Part shown: piece by piece, positions 39,940 through 53,417 of the stretch
How the letters are laid out: every line of letters begins with the position of its first letter
Position numbering within the stretch: position 1 is the stretch's first letter
Assembly: GCF_004010195.1 (NCBI RefSeq)
Contig: NC_057719.1
Location: 48,405,896-48,469,895 of the forward strand
Source: Chiloscyllium plagiosum
Taxonomy: Eukaryota
Direction of reading: 5' to 3'
DNA: 64,000 bases
The notes under the pieces: model-generated
Database searches by the model: none
What the model was told of the DNA's origin: nothing
The model's input: only the letters and a program-made list of their open reading frames with translations
Made by a program: the position numbers and the translations under genes

Positions 39940-40020
39940 GATACACCTCTGAAACAGGTGGAACTTGAACTCAAGTCTTCTGGCTCAGAGGTAGGGACAC
40001 TACCACTGTGCCACAAGACT
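39940..40020 (-). mobile_element. Short tRNA-derived SINE-like repeat (also ~17995-18085 +, ~39005-39085 -, ~61375-61460 -)
   Basis: Minus strand tcttgtggcacagtggtagtgtccctacctctgagccagaagacttgagttcaag has box A and B-like motifs; four similar copies. Confidence 0.65.
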
Positions 40021-42169
40021 CCTACCTCTCCCTGTGATTTTCTGTAATTATTGACTAGAAGACACACTTGCCTTTTCATTTATAATGGTGGAAGAACTCT
40101 TAACAACTGGGGGAGGAATGGAAGGCGGAAGGTAGGAGTGGCTGTCCTCAGGTGGCCTGTGGCTGCTGCTGCTGCTGCTGCCAGGTTGTCTAAATTACCC
40201 TGGAGTACTGACCCCAACTGATCTGCTGCCAGAAGTCTGGGTTGGCAGCGAAACTGTACTTTGCCAGCTGAAACATCCTGAAGACTGACTGGAAAATGGC
40301 AGTTGGCCTCCAGTGGCCAGCCTTAGTAACTTAATAAGCCACCTACTGCTTGTAGGTGGGTAGCCTACTGGCCTCCCAGTTTGCCTTTGGGAAAATGGCT
40401 TGGGGTGAAGGGTCACATATTCACTGTGCAGACTGATGTGAAATTCAATGTCTACCTGAACTGCAACGTGAACAATAGGCCCTTGCAATTTTAAAAGATA
40501 GCCTAAAGTACCTAGAATATTTTTATTCAAATCTAGCTTTTAGTTAGCTACATTAATTTCAAATAGTTGAAAATTATGTGTGTATTACAGACACATGTAA
40601 CCAAAAAGGATTATAACATGTTTTCTTTTCTGTAAAGACTCTTAACTTCTCTGCTATATGATTATCTTGACTTCTTTGCTCAAACAATACAAATAAGTGG
40701 TTATGGTTCTGATGACTTTATGGAACCTTTTCAAGTAGCCATTCTTCACATTTGATCCTGGATTTTGTGTGCAAAGTATCAAAGATCGCATTAAATATCT
40801 ATATAAATTTTTAAAAATATAATTCACTGCAAAATGATCAGTGAAGCCTTGCCTTAGTTGTTAGTTCCTTTCCTGAGCACTCCCATCCTCAAATATTGTG
40901 TTGTGAAAAGCATTTGCAATGCTTCAGGGATCCATCTTGGGATTTCCTAATCCCAGTGATTTGGTACTGTGCCATTCAGTACATTTACTGAGCTGTCAAA
41001 AAGCCATTCATTTTATTAAGAATCTATTTATAAAATGGTTAGGCTCCCTGTCAAGTAAGTCAGTGACTGAAGCCGCAAGGGTATTTGTGTCAAGCATAGC
41101 AGTAGAAGGGAGCTCTGCCATCTCACCCCTTTTTTCTAAAGCATGCTATTATACATAGAACATCACTGTAGTGATTTCCTGGCTAACGATGGCATGTTAA
41201 GACAGGAATGAGACTCTTTAATTAATAGTTTGAAAGATCTCAGCCTGGAGCTTTCTGCTAGTTCACATGAATTCTTTTGCATAGAATTATTACATGAAAG
41301 TGCTTTTTTTTGGTATTTATTTTCTTTGGCCATTTAATGAATAAAACCTTTAAAAATTTTCTATTAGCTGTATTTTGATTTCCTATAATTATGTTTGGAA
41401 GACCTGAGGATTAAATGTTTAGATAAAAGTATGAGATTTAATTGAAATTTGATTCCATATATCAATTAGTCTAGCAATATTAAGTAGTAAGTGATTATCT
41501 GTGGTTTGCTTGAAATATTTTTTCTATTCTGAAGAGTACTATGAAGAAATTTATAAAAATGTATTTTTAGAAATGTATCAGGCTTTTGTCTGCCAGTTTT
41601 TTAAGAATTTAGACATCCTCTGTGTGTATGAATGCACTTTTGCAAGCAAAATTTAATTTTGCCAGATAGTCAAACAGTCTTTCTTCAAAAAGCCATCTGG
41701 ATTAATGTTATCTTGTTTTGTTTTGTTGTGTTTAACAGCTTTTCAAAGCCAACAAGACTCCCTTAAACACAGAGTGCCCTGTTATTCAGTGTCCTAGTAG
41801 TTGCTGTCTCCCTGAAGGATGATTATTTTTCGATGGACTGTGAAAGACACACGCACAGTTGATATTTCAAAAGAACATAAGACACTTATTTTGCATGCTT
41901 CTAAATATAAAAAAAGTGAGGTAGCTTGGATATTTTGATTTGGACTAAGTTTTAAACTCAGGAATTACTACACTGAAAACTACCTGGTCACATGGCCTTG
42001 GGGTGGTATACAGGATTATTTATTTTTATTTTGTGATACATTGCAAAAAAGCACTACTTGAAAGATTTCATTTGCAATAATTTAATTCAGTAAGGTGTAT
42101 GGTTATCCAAGACTTTTACCTTGCAATAATTATATGGAAACAATAAGATGTTTATGTTGTGTCTTTTTT

Positions 42170-42830
42170 TTTATTGTTCATTCACAGGATGTGGGCATCA
42201 CTGGCTGGACCAGTATTTATTGCCCAACCCTGTTTTCCTTGAGAAGGGGAGAGGGAGCATCTTCTTGAATTGCTACTATCCTTTTGCTTTGGGTAGACCC
42301 ACAATGCTGTTAAAGAGGGAGTTCCAAGACTTTGACCTAGTGACGTTGAAGGAATAGCAACATATTCGCAAGATGATTGATGGCTTTGATAGGAACTTGC
42401 AGGTGGCAGTGTTTTTATGTATCTACTACTCTTGTTCATCTCAGTGCTAGTGATTGTGAGTTTTGAAGATGGCTAAAGAGCCTTGGAGAATTTCTGCAGG
42501 TGATGTCAAGCTTCTCGAGTGATGTTGAAGCTACAGACATTCAGACAATTGGGGAACATGTCATCACAGTCCTGACTTGTGCCAGTTGTGAAAGGTAAAT
42601 GGTAGGTAAACTTTGGAGTTTCAGGAGGTGAGTTACTTGCTGTTGTAGGCATAGTACTTGTATGACTAATCCAGTTCAGTTTCTGTTAATGGTAATTTCC
42701 TCGTGGGGGAATTCAGTGATGGTGATGCAATTGAATGTAAAAGGATGATGGTTGGATTTTTTCTTGTTGGAAATGATTATTGCCTAGCACTTGTGTGGTG
42801 CGAATGTTTCCCACCTCGTTAACAGGTTTG
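42170..42830 (-). mobile_element. Decayed second-family CR1-group LINE fragment
   Basis: ctggaccagtatttattgccc...ccttgagaagg 3' end and upstream similarity to 45770-46545. Confidence 0.65.
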
Positions 42831-44264
42831 TTAGATCCGTTTCCTCCAAGATTTTTTTAAGTTCAAGTCTCTTCACTGATTTGATGAGAAATACTAAATC
42901 ATTCTTCTTGACTTTTCTGAAATTGCTACAATCCAAAATTGTCATTGGGGTACCATTTCTATCACTCGACATAGTTTTGGCCCATGCCTCCTAAGGCCTA
43001 ATAAACCAAATTAGCTAGCAAAGTCAGAAGGGAAGCTCAAACTCAGCAGGGCCATTTTATCTCCATGTTGAGTTCAAATAAATTCAATTTCTCCTGTAAC
43101 AAGGGCCTTAACACAACCTTTTTGAGGTACAAATTATTAGAGTCTACCTAAATATTTTTGAAGGGTTGAGGAGGTTTGTCGCATCATAAAGCTGTATAGT
43201 TTTTTTAAGCCTTCACCCTTTAAAAATTACGAAATAGGCAGCCAAACTCAGCAAGAGAATAAATCTGGTATAGCGGTTAGTGTTTTTTTGACATGAATAT
43301 GTGGGCTAACATGATATTATTATTATTATTATTAATGACTGTTTGTTTTATTTCCACAACCTACAGTTAGTCTAGCAGTGGGATCCAAGTTCACAGTTCA
43401 CTTGGCAGCTCAAAGAAGTTATTTGTCTTTTTGAAGTTATGGATACATGCATTTTTTTAATATAAAGGATTGAATACCTGAGACACTGTAAACTTTGGAG
43501 GTTCATGGATGGGATTTTTTTATATTGATATAGGATTGCTATTAGAACTTTATTGGCTTCTGAGGCATATCCCTTTTGGTTCGGGGGAGAGATCACATGG
43601 AAGGCATAATAGAAACTGGTGGAAGGTGTTGTTTACCATAACTCGTCATGTGTTGGCAGTAAATTGGTAGTGAGTGCCAAAAGGGATTGTGTAGGGTTGG
43701 GTGGTTGGCATGGTGTGACATGGAGATCACGAGAGACTTCAGGGATACATAGCATAAATTAACATCGATGTGGGATGGACGAGATATGTGAGAGATGAGG
43801 GTTAGGGATACTAGCATAGAAGCAAACACCTGGAACAAAATCTCAGGGAATCAGGTGCACTGCTTAAACAAACTGACACTCAGCAGCCCCTGGAACCGCC
43901 CCTAATCTGCATCTGGGGGCAGCAACCCTAACCCCATCTTGAAATTTCTCACTTTATTCCAGAAAGGATATCCTGCCATTCATTGGAATTTTCCAAACCA
44001 GGTGCACTGATACAGGGAATGTTTCACCTCACACTACCCTCCTTAAGAATGATACTCCAAGCCTCTCTGTCTAAAATGTTCATGATTTGCTGGCTAATTA
44101 AATATTTTCCTTCTCATCATCTTGTGCATTTAATTATTGGAGATGTGACTTTGAAAGTAATCACAAGTAACAACTTTAGCATAAGATAAAAATGTATTTC
44201 TAGTTGTGTAGACTTGCCTGTTGTGTAAATATTCCTGAAACAAAATTAGAAAATGCTAGAACAA

Positions 44265-44395
44265 AACAAAGAGTTATGGATGCTGAAGATTTGAAACAGA
44301 AACAAAATCTTGCTGGAGAAGCTCAGCAGGTCTGGCTGCATCTGTAGGGAAAGCATAGTTAATGTTTAAAGACCAATGATCCTTCTCCAGAACTG
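44265..44395 (-). mobile_element. Decayed PLE terminus of another family
   Basis: ggatgctgaag...gctggagaagctcagcaggtctggctgcatct; minus strand AGTT-CTGGAGA...AAACATT-AACT is a degenerate hammerhead layout. Confidence 0.55.
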
Positions 44396-45119
44396 AAGAT
44401 TTTCTAAAATAAGGAGGCTTATTAGTGTCCAAAGGTTAGCCATTTTCTGTCTTCGGTTTGGTACCAGAATAAGAAAAAGTGTGAGATGATCACTCCTTAT
44501 TTGGTATGAATGCTGCCTTGTGGCAGAAACTTGCAACTACAAGTCTTTAACTTTTATATGACAAGCCTGTAGCTCTTAATACAACACTCTTCAAGGACAG
44601 CAAAGATACAGCATCAAGAAAAATAATGGTTAAAAAGAAATAAATGATAAGATCAAAGAAGAGATGCAAATCCAAAATCAAACTTTGTATTTATGCCTTA
44701 ATAAAAAGCAAAGACCTTCAAAGAGAACTGGAAAGTGAACACTTTCTTATCCACTGGATATCAATACTGAACAATGCGTAATGGGTCAAGCAATAGATGA
44801 TCTGAGAAAAGAACACTGACACTCTCATTTTCCATTCGCAAGGAATAGTTATTTGAATGAACGCATCAATCTGTGGGTGATCAAAAGGTTTTAGAAAAGA
44901 TTTGGCAAGTTTACTAAATCCTGTTCCAGATAACAAGTGACTTCAGAATTAACAAATTCCAACTTATGCTATGCAGACAGCAAACCTAAGAATATATTGA
45001 CAAGATTGTCAGAAGATGCCACAGCAAAGAGCATGAGCATTTCTTTTCTGAAGGAGAAGTGTAAAAGAAGAAATTGAGTTGGTAATCAACTCCTCATTAT
45101 GCCACTCCCCTTCTAACCA

Positions 45120-46545
45120 AGCTCTTCGGGTACAGTTGCAATGCTGGCATCTACCTGACAACATGGAAAATTGCACAGGTATGTCCTATACATAAAAAAG
45201 CAGGGCAAGTCCAACCTTGCTAATCAGTAGGACATCAGGCTACTCTTGATCACCGTTAAAGTGATGGAAGGCATCATCAAAAGTGCTATCAAGCAGCACA
45301 TGTTCAGCAATAACTTGCAAATTGACACCCAATTTGGTTTATGTGAGGGCCACTCAGCTCCTGACCTTATTAAAGCCTTGGTTCAAACACGATCACAAGC
45401 TGAATTCCAGAGGTGAGGTAGGGTGACAACCCTGGACATCAAGGCAAGTATCAAGGAATTTTAGCAAAACTGGAATCAATGAGTATTATTGGGAAAAGTT
45501 TCTGCTGGTCGGAGTCCGATCTGGCAAATAGGAAGATAGTTGTGATTGTTGGAGGTAACTCAGCTCAGCTCCAGCACATCTCTGCAGCAGTTCCTCAGGG
45601 TAGTGTTCTATGCCTAACCATCTTCAGTTGCTTCATTAATGGCCTTCCCTTCATCATAGGGTCAGAAGTGGGGATGTTCGCTGATGATTGCACAATATTC
45701 AGCACCATTTGCGACTCCTCAGATACTGAAGCAGTTCCTGTTCAAATGCAACAAGATCTGGATGACAAGTGGCAATTAATATTCATGCCACGCAAATGCA
45801 AGGCTATGACCATCACCAATAAGAAACAATCTAACCACTGCCCCATGACTTTCAATGGTATTACCATCACTGAATTCCCCCACTATCAACATCCTTGGGA
45901 TTACCATTGACCAGAAACTCCAGTGGGCCTGCCACATAAACACAGTGGCCACAAGAGCAGGTCAGAGGCTAGGAATACTGCAGTGAGTAATTTACCTCCT
46001 GACTCCCCCAAGCCTGTCCATCATCTACAAGGCACAAGCCAGGAATGTGGTGGAATACTCTTCACTTGCCAAGTTGAATTCAGCTTTAGCAACACTTGAG
46101 AAGCTTTAGACCATCCAAGATAAAATAGGCCACTCATAAGCGGCTTATCCACAACCATCCACTCCCTCTACCACTGATGCTCAAATACAGCAATGTATGC
46201 TATCAACAAGAGGCACTGCAGAAATTCGCCAAAAGTCCTCAGACAGCACTTACCGAACTCAGGACCACTTTCATCTAAAAGGACAAGGGTAGCTGAAACA
46301 TGGGAAAATCACCACCTACAAATTCTCCTCAAAGCTACTCACCATTCTGACTAGGAAATGTATCCTTGTTCCCTCACTGTCACTGGTTCAAAATCCTGGT
46401 GTTCCCTCCCAATTGGTATTGCGGATCAACCCATAGCCAGGGACTGCAGCCGTTCTAGAAGGTAGTTAAATCACCATCTTCTCAAGGGTAACTTGGGACA
46501 GGCAACAGATACTGACCAGCCAACGATGTCTATGTCCCACAAAAG
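45120..46545 (+). mobile_element. Second-family CR1-group LINE (RT and 3' end)
   Basis: ORF 45479-45910: AVPQGSVLCLTIFSCFINGLP..VGMFADDCTIF. Confidence 0.85.
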
Positions 46546-47098
46546 AATAAAATTAATTTAAAGCCTTTGTGAAGGATCCTTAGAACAAGGCTATACCATT
46601 GATGCATTGTTGAGGATAGACACAAGTATAAAATGACAGTGGCAGGCCAACAGGAAAAACATGCAGTAGGTGCAATTAATGCTATTACTTTGATTAGCAA
46701 AGTGCATCAAAATGAAAAAATTCTGTAACTGATGTAATTTTATGCACTTACACAATGGCTGTCCTGCTTTTGTTTATATCTGTAAACGATGTGACGTTAG
46801 GGATGGGCACGCACGTGTAGGAAATCTGGTTCTGAAGGCCAAGCCAGACCCCAGAGCAAAACTCAGGTGACCAAGAAAATGGTACAACACCACAACACTG
46901 ACTGCAAGAAAAATGTTAAGGTGCACAAGCACATCAGTGAGGTTCAGTGTCAATTCAGTGATGACCAAACTTTCCATATTGTTAACTTCACACATCATGG
47001 TGACAGTGTAAAGTGATCAGAAGCCTTTACAACCATTAACTTGGTGTCATGAAATATCAAATTGACACATTTAAAAACTAAGTTGTCACAGTAGCTAC

Positions 47099-47655
47099 TA
47101 GGCGAAGGTGCGTACTGCAGATGCTGGAGGTTAGAGTCAATGGTGTGATGCTGGAAAAGCACAGCAGATCAGGCAGCATCCGAGTGGCAGGAAAATCGAC
47201 ATTTCGGGCAAAAGCCCTTCATTAGGAATGAAGCTGGGAGACTCTGGTTGGGGGGTGGAGAGATACATAGGAGGGAGGTGGGGCTGGATGGAAGGTAGCT
47301 GAAAGTTCAGTAGGTGTATGGAGGTGGGGGTAAAGGTAATAGGTCATGGGAAGGGTGGAGCAGATAGGTTGGAAGGAAGATGAATAGATGGGACGGGTCA
47401 TGAGGATGGTGCTGAGCTGGAATGTTGGAACTGGGGTAAGGTGGGGTGAGGGGAAATGAGGAAAATGGTGAAATCCACATTGATGCCAGGGGGTTGGAGG
47501 GTTCCGAGGTGGAAGATGAGGCGTTTTTCCTCCAGGCGTCGGGTGGTAAGAGAGTCGTAATGGATGAGGCCCACGACCTGCATGTCCTCAGCAAGTGGGA
47601 GGGGGAATTGAAGTGTTCGGTGGGGTTGATTGGTGCATGTGTCCCGGCGACGTTA
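47099..47655 (-). mobile_element. 5'-truncated PLE (endonuclease C-terminus and terminal repeat)
   Basis: RRLEEKRLIFHLGTLQPPGINVDF; collinear with 3985-4520; decayed hammerhead at ~47196-47230. Confidence 0.88.
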
Positions 47656-48057
47656 CTGTGAACATATTACCTGTACACACACTGACAGTAATGTACACTG
47701 GCGAGTGTAATGGTAATGCTTACAGGAGGCCATTTCACAATGTTTAATGAAACACTGATTTTGTACATTGGCAAAATCACACTGCACTTTCAATGCGCAA
47801 GCTCATCTTGGCATTCCAAACTTATCTGCCTTGGAGCTATCACTTAGCCAGCAGTGGCAGGACTAAAGATCTCAGTATAGTCATAATTCATTAGATTTAA
47901 AACACCCCCATTGTGGCAGAACAGCTGACATTTGACATAATCAAATCAGTTCACAATCTCAACAGCTGTATGTAGATCACTTTGACACAACTGGAAATTT
48001 TAAGGGTGATGTAATTTTACATATCTTTTTGAGTGGAACAAAGAAGCAGTAATATAT

Positions 48058-48428
48058 GTTTTGGATGTAGGTTTGCTCACTGAGCTGAAAGGTTCATTTC
48101 CAGATGTTTCATTACCTTACTAGGTGATATCTTCAGTGGACTTTATGCAAAGCAATGCTGAAACTTCCTGCTTTCTATTTATATGTTTGGATTTCTTTGT
48201 GTTGGTGATGTCATTTCCTTTGGTAGTGTTATTTCCTGTGGTGAAGTCACTTCTTGTTCCTTTTCTCACGGGGTGGTAGATGGGGTCTAACTCAATGTGT
48301 TTGTTGATAGAGTTCTGATTGGAATGCCATGCTTCTAGGAATTCTCATGCATGTTTTTGTTTGGCTTGTCCTGGGACAATACATCCATCTTAGGACAAGC
48401 CAAACAAAGACATGCACTAGAATTCCTT
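48058..48428 (-). mobile_element. PLE of a distinct family, 3' end with short inverted duplication
   Basis: Reverse strand reads ..FLEAWHSNQNSINKHIELDPIYHP (PLE endonuclease C-terminus). 48391-48427 is an inverted copy of ~48336-48375. Hammerhead layout at 48099-48140. Confidence 0.75.
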
Positions 48429-48949
48429 TTTTTTTAGATGTTGTATTAATATTATTCTGGTCATCGTTAAGAGAAGGATGACCATATTCTTATATCTTAT
48501 AATAGTTGAACTTTAACTCTTGTCCAACTTTTTGTTTAAAGACAACTTATATCAGCGAAACAACATTTGCTTCATTCCATAAACTGAAATTTCCTCTTTC
48601 TTCCCTTCACCCAGAGCAAGGTGAGTCTGTGGAATTCTCTCTCACAGAAAACAGTTGTGGCCAAAACATTGAATGTTTTCAAGGAAGAGTTGGAAGTTGT
48701 TCTGAGGCCTAAAGGAATCAAAGGGCTTGGGAAAAAGGCAGGATTATGGTACTGAGTTGGATGATTTATACAGTAATGTCAGCTGACCTATTGTATGGTA
48801 TTGCTTTTACTATCCTCCCAAGTTAGATCTGATCCTTTGGCTGTGGATTTGCATAGTTCTGTGTATTACCTGCAGTTTATGCTGTTTGGCATGCAAGTAG
48901 TCTATTTTCGATCATTAATAATATGATGGAAAGTACAATCAAGTTGCAC

Positions 48950-50890
48950 TTGCTTAATGATAACCTCTTCTCTGATAACCAATATGCATTCTACTGGGGC
49001 CATTCAGCACTTTTGTTTTAGCCTTAGTTCAAATATGGACAAAAGAGCTGAATTCCAGTGGTGAGGTGAGAGTGACTGCCTTTGACATCATGGCTTTAAT
49101 TGCACAGAGCTCGAGCAACACTAGTGTCTGTGGGAACCTTGTGAAAACTCCCTGCTGATTGGAGTCTTACCTGGTATAAAGGAAGATTTGTGTGATTGTT
49201 GATTGTTAGTCATCTCAGTCTCCACAGAAGTTCTTCGGGGTAGTGTCCTTGGCCCAAATGTCTCCAGCTGCTTCATCAATAACATCCCATCCATCGTAAG
49301 GTCAGAAGTGGGATGTCCAGTGATATAGAATAGAATGATATGATATGGAATCCCTACAGTATGAAAACAGGCCCTTCAGCCCAACAAGCTAACCACTGAG
49401 CCACTGCCAATGGTTACGCAATGTTCAATGCAATTCACAACTCCTCAAATAACAAAGCAGTCCATATTCAAATGCAACAGGATCTGGACAATATCCAGGT
49501 TTCAGCTGACAAGTGGCAAGTAACATTTATGCCACACAAGTGTTAGACAATGGCCATCACCAACAAGAGAGAATCTAGCCATCATCCTTTGAATTTAATG
49601 GCATTGCCATCACTGAATCCCTGACTATCAACATCCTGCCAGAGGGATGGAGTTGACTAGATACTGAATTGGTCTAGCTGTATAAATACTGTGGCTACAA
49701 AATGAGGCCAAGGCTAGGAATCTTGCAGTGGGTAACTCCCCTCCTGACTCCACCCAAGCTTATCTACTATATACAGGGCACTTTCACAAAGCTAGTCCCT
49801 TTTTTATCTAAAAGTTGTTCCTTGGCTTAAGGAGACTCTGTCCTTGATTTTTCCAGAGGGGCAGTACACCAGGCTGGGCTCTGATCAGTCCAGTTTGGTA
49901 CAGAGATGAGAAGGATTTTGAGAGGCCTTTTGACTTCAGGCCAAAATGGTCATGTTTTAGAAATGGCCTGTATAAAGAAAGGGGGGTGGTCAGCTCTCTA
50001 GCTGAGTTGAGCAGTTTTAGTTCGATCTTGAACTGGTAAGGAGTTCAGTAGGGAGCTGTGTGGAAACTCTCTCTCTTTCTGCCCTTCCACTTCAACCTGA
50101 AAGCATGTGTTCCATTTATACTGGTTTTTAAAGGGAGTTTGCTTATTGGAACCATTGTGTAAATTCAGAACAGCATAATTAAGTCTAGTTGGATTGGCTG
50201 AGTTCTGTAGGGGTTCTTTATTATGTTCTTTGTGTTTCATTTTGTAACTTTGTGAATACATTTTTGTCTGTTTTAAAATCTAGTAGTCAACCTAGCTAAT
50301 GTAATCCAGGTAATTTTCACTGTACACTTACCAAAACAAATTGCAAAGTTATGGTCTGAGCTGCCTGCTTAAGAATGTTTTGAGTGGTCTGGTTTATCCA
50401 TAACTCATTACTAGTTAGGAATGTGATGAAATGTCCCCCCACTTGCCCAGATGATTGAAGGTCCAACAACACTCAAGAAACTTGACACCATCCAGGACAA
50501 AGCAATTCATTTGGTTGGCACCACATCCACAATGCATTCTCTCCACCTCAACACTCAGTAGCATGAGTGTGAACCATTTGCAAGATGCACTGCAGAAATT
50601 CAACAAGACACTTTCCAAGTGCAGGACTACTTCCATCCACAAGGACAAGGACAGCAGATGTTTGGAATACCACCACCTGCTAGTTTTCCCTCCAAGCCAC
50701 CCACCATCCTGACTTGGAAATATATTGTCATTCCTTCAGTATTGCTGGGTCAAAATCCTGAAACTCCCTCCCCAACAGCATTTTGGATCACAGCAAATAC
50801 ACTGCAGTGGTTCAAGAAGCAACTCAGCATCACCTTCTCAAGGGTATCCAAGGTGGAGCAATAAAGTCTGACCCAGCCAGCGGTACCCAA
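48950..50890 (+). mobile_element. Second-family CR1-group LINE, interrupted by a SINE remnant (~49325-49408) and a solo LTR
   Basis: Collinear with 45300-46545 on both sides of the inserts. Confidence 0.75.
49781..50405. mobile_element. Probable solo LTR
   Basis: ~620-bp block interrupting the LINE, with degenerate termini (tttcacaaag...ccataact) and TATA-like tgtataaag. Confidence 0.5.
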
Positions 50891-51665
50891 TTCCTTTGAA
50901 TGAAATAGAAGATACTGCTTGTCCACTTAATAGACCTATTCCCACCACATCCCTTTTTGAAAATAATGCATAAGAATTCACATCAATCAACTGAAATCCT
51001 GAGTGGAAGATCAGTAGGATGGGAGGGAAGTCATTGCTGCAAGTAGACCCTGTGTGCAGAAATAATTCTGAGCTCCTCATCGGCATTGTGCTTTTCTACT
51101 CCAGAGCTGAGCAGCTCGAAAGTCACTTCAGTAATTACCAGCAACTTGCAGCTAGCGCCATGGAGACATTTTTAAGGAGAGCTTCTGCATCCAGCATTGA
51201 GCCTTCCAACTCCATTGCAAGTGCAAATACGAAATGATAAGAAATGTGTGTGGAAAGGCGCTGAGATTTGCCAATGTGCATGTTCCTGTGTCTCTTTAGG
51301 CACAGTGAATAAAATAGTATGTACCTTTAAGCAGTATAAAAATAGAGATTTTCATATGCTTAAAGTTTAATGAGTGAAGTTTAATTATTGAACATTACTG
51401 CCACTAACCTGATCTATTGTTTTATTTTGGTGACTGAGGTTATACTTAGCAACTGAGAGTAACTGTCACTTTTGTCCTTCCCTGTACAAGAGCTGTCACT
51501 AGATTATCGCTTTGGAATCGCAAAAGTCTGAGGCAAGTAGTGTTGCTTCATTAAAACCTTTGGGAAGCACTGGTTCCAGAATATTTGAGAATAAGACACC
51601 GAGATGATAACTGAGCCAGCAGTTTGAACGTGATGAAAATTCAAATGTGTTACTGGTCAGAGAAA

Positions 51666-53417
51666 GTTGAAACTTTATTGCTGGAACAGCACAGCAGGTC
51701 AGGCAGCATCCAGGGAACAGGAGATTCGACGTTTCGGGCACAGGCCCTTCTTCAGGAATGGATGGTCTGGGAGATGATGGTTTGGTGGTGGGGGGTGGGG
51801 TCATGGTCAAGGGGACGGTAGGAGGAGGATCTGCGAGCNNNNNNNNNNNNNNNNNNNNNNNNNNNNNNNNNNNNNNNNNNNNNNNNNNNNNNNNNNNNNN
51901 NNNNNNNNNNNNNNNNNNNNNNNNNNNNNNNNNNNNNNNNNNNNNNNNNNNNNNNNNNNNNNNNNNNNNNNNNNNNNNNNNNNNNNNNNNNNNNNNNNNN
52001 NNNNNNNNNNNNNNNNNNNNNNNNNNNNNNNNNNNNNNNNNNNNNNNNNNNNNNNNNNNNNNNNNNNNNNNNNNNNNNNNNNNNNNNNNNNNNNNNNNNN
52101 NNNNNNNNNNNNNNNNNNNNNNNNNNNNNNNNNNNNNNNNNNNNNNNNNNNNNNNNNNNNNNNNNNNNNNNNNNNNNNNNNNNNNNNNNNNNNNNNNNNN
52201 NNNNNNNNNNNNNNNNNNNNNNNNNNNNNNNNNNNNNNNNNNNNNNNNNNNNNNNNNNNNNNNNNNNNNNNNNNNNNNNNNNNNNNNNNNNNNNNNNNNN
52301 NNNNNNNNNNNNNNNNNNNNNNNNNNNNNNNNNNNNNNNNNNNNNNNNNNNNNNNNNNNNNNNNNNNNNNNNNNNNNNNNNNNNNNNNNNNNNNNNNNNN
52401 NNNNNNNNNNNNNNNNNNNNNNNNNNNNNNNNNNNNNNNNNNNNNNNNNNNNNNNNNNNNNNNNNNNNNNNNNNNNNNNNNNNNNNNNNNNNNNNNNNNN
52501 NNNNNNNNNNNNNNNNNNNNNNNNNNNNNNNNNNNNNNNNNNNNNNNNNNNNNNNNNNNNNNNNNNNNNNNNNNNNNNNNNNNNNNNNNNNNNNNNNNNN
52601 NNNNNNNNNNNNNATATCAAAGTTGAAACTTTATTGCTGGAACAGCACAGCAGGTCAGGCAGCATCCAGGGAACAGGAGATTCGACGTTTCGGGCACAGG
52701 CCCTTCTTCAGGAATGAGCAGAGAGTGTTCAGCAGGAGAAGATAAAAGGTAGGGAGGAGGGACTTGGAGGAGGGGCGTTGGAAATGTGATAGGTGGAAAG
52801 AGGTCAAGGTGAGGGTGATAGGTAACAGTAGAGGTCCTTTACAGGTCTGTGAGAGAGTTGTCCTGAGCTGGGGTAGGTCGAGTTGCAGGGAATGTAGGTA
52901 CCGGCGCATGGCTGCAAGCGTGGAGTGGAGGATCCGGAGGGAGGTCCGTTGCTGGAGGCTGCGGATTTGTTGCAGGTACTGGTAGTCCTGGTTGGGTCCA
53001 AATTGTGTTGGTCGGAAGGTGATCTGGAGTCCATGGGGGATCAGTCGGTTCCGTAGGCAGGTGCTGAGAAAGGAGATATGGCTGTGGTAACAAGTCTGCT
53101 TCAGAATGTGGCTGAAGAGCTTCTGTGCAGAGGAGATGACCTGGGGTGTGCAGTGAGAGAGGGACTCACTGAAATCTTTGTAGGGAGAGGCAGAGAGCTT
53201 CTTCAAGGAAGGCATCCTTGTAAGAGGATTCGCAGTAGGTTGAAATCTTCGAGGAGAAAGTGAGGTCTGCAGATGCTGGAGATCAAAGTTGAAACTTTAT
53301 TGCTGGAACAGCACAGCAGGTCAGGCAGCATCCAGGGAACAGGAGATTCGACGTTTCGGGCACAGGCCCTTCTTCAGGAATCAAAGGGCCTGTGCCCTTA
53401 CTCTGTACTTGGCCCTG
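51666..53417 (-). mobile_element. Young, rearranged PLE with three identical terminal-repeat copies, spanning a gap
   Basis: Identical ~95-bp repeats at ~51664-51759, 52620-52715 and 53286-53381. ORF from 53215 has the PLE N-terminal motif FLSTCLRNRLIPHGLQ. Perfect 14-bp TSD actggtcagagaaa (51652-51665 and 53418-53431). Confidence 0.85.
53346..53381 (-). ncRNA. Minimal hammerhead ribozyme motif, intact (identical copies at 52680-52715 and 51724-51759)
   Basis: ATTC-CTGAAGA-A-GGGC-CTGT-GCCC-GAAA-CG-TC-GAAT on the minus strand. Confidence 0.8.

Noticed and set aside
41739..41916. Cryptic or poison exon after a good-looking acceptor (ttgtgtttaacag)
   Set aside because: No homology, an in-frame stop, and such motifs are common in long AT-rich introns; it needs RNA evidence.
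44470..48000. Very old Gypsy remnant hosting later insertions (SDQKPL-like at ~47010)
   Set aside because: Too degenerate to set boundaries or identity by eye.
51019..51237. 72-aa ORF in unique-looking sequence with a Kozak-like gcgccATGG
   Set aside because: No recognisable homology or splice donor; cannot be distinguished from chance.
51664..53381. Identical direct repeats as a CRISPR-like array
   Set aside because: Vertebrate DNA; the repeats are ~95 bp with spacers of hundreds of bases and are explained as PLE terminal repeats.
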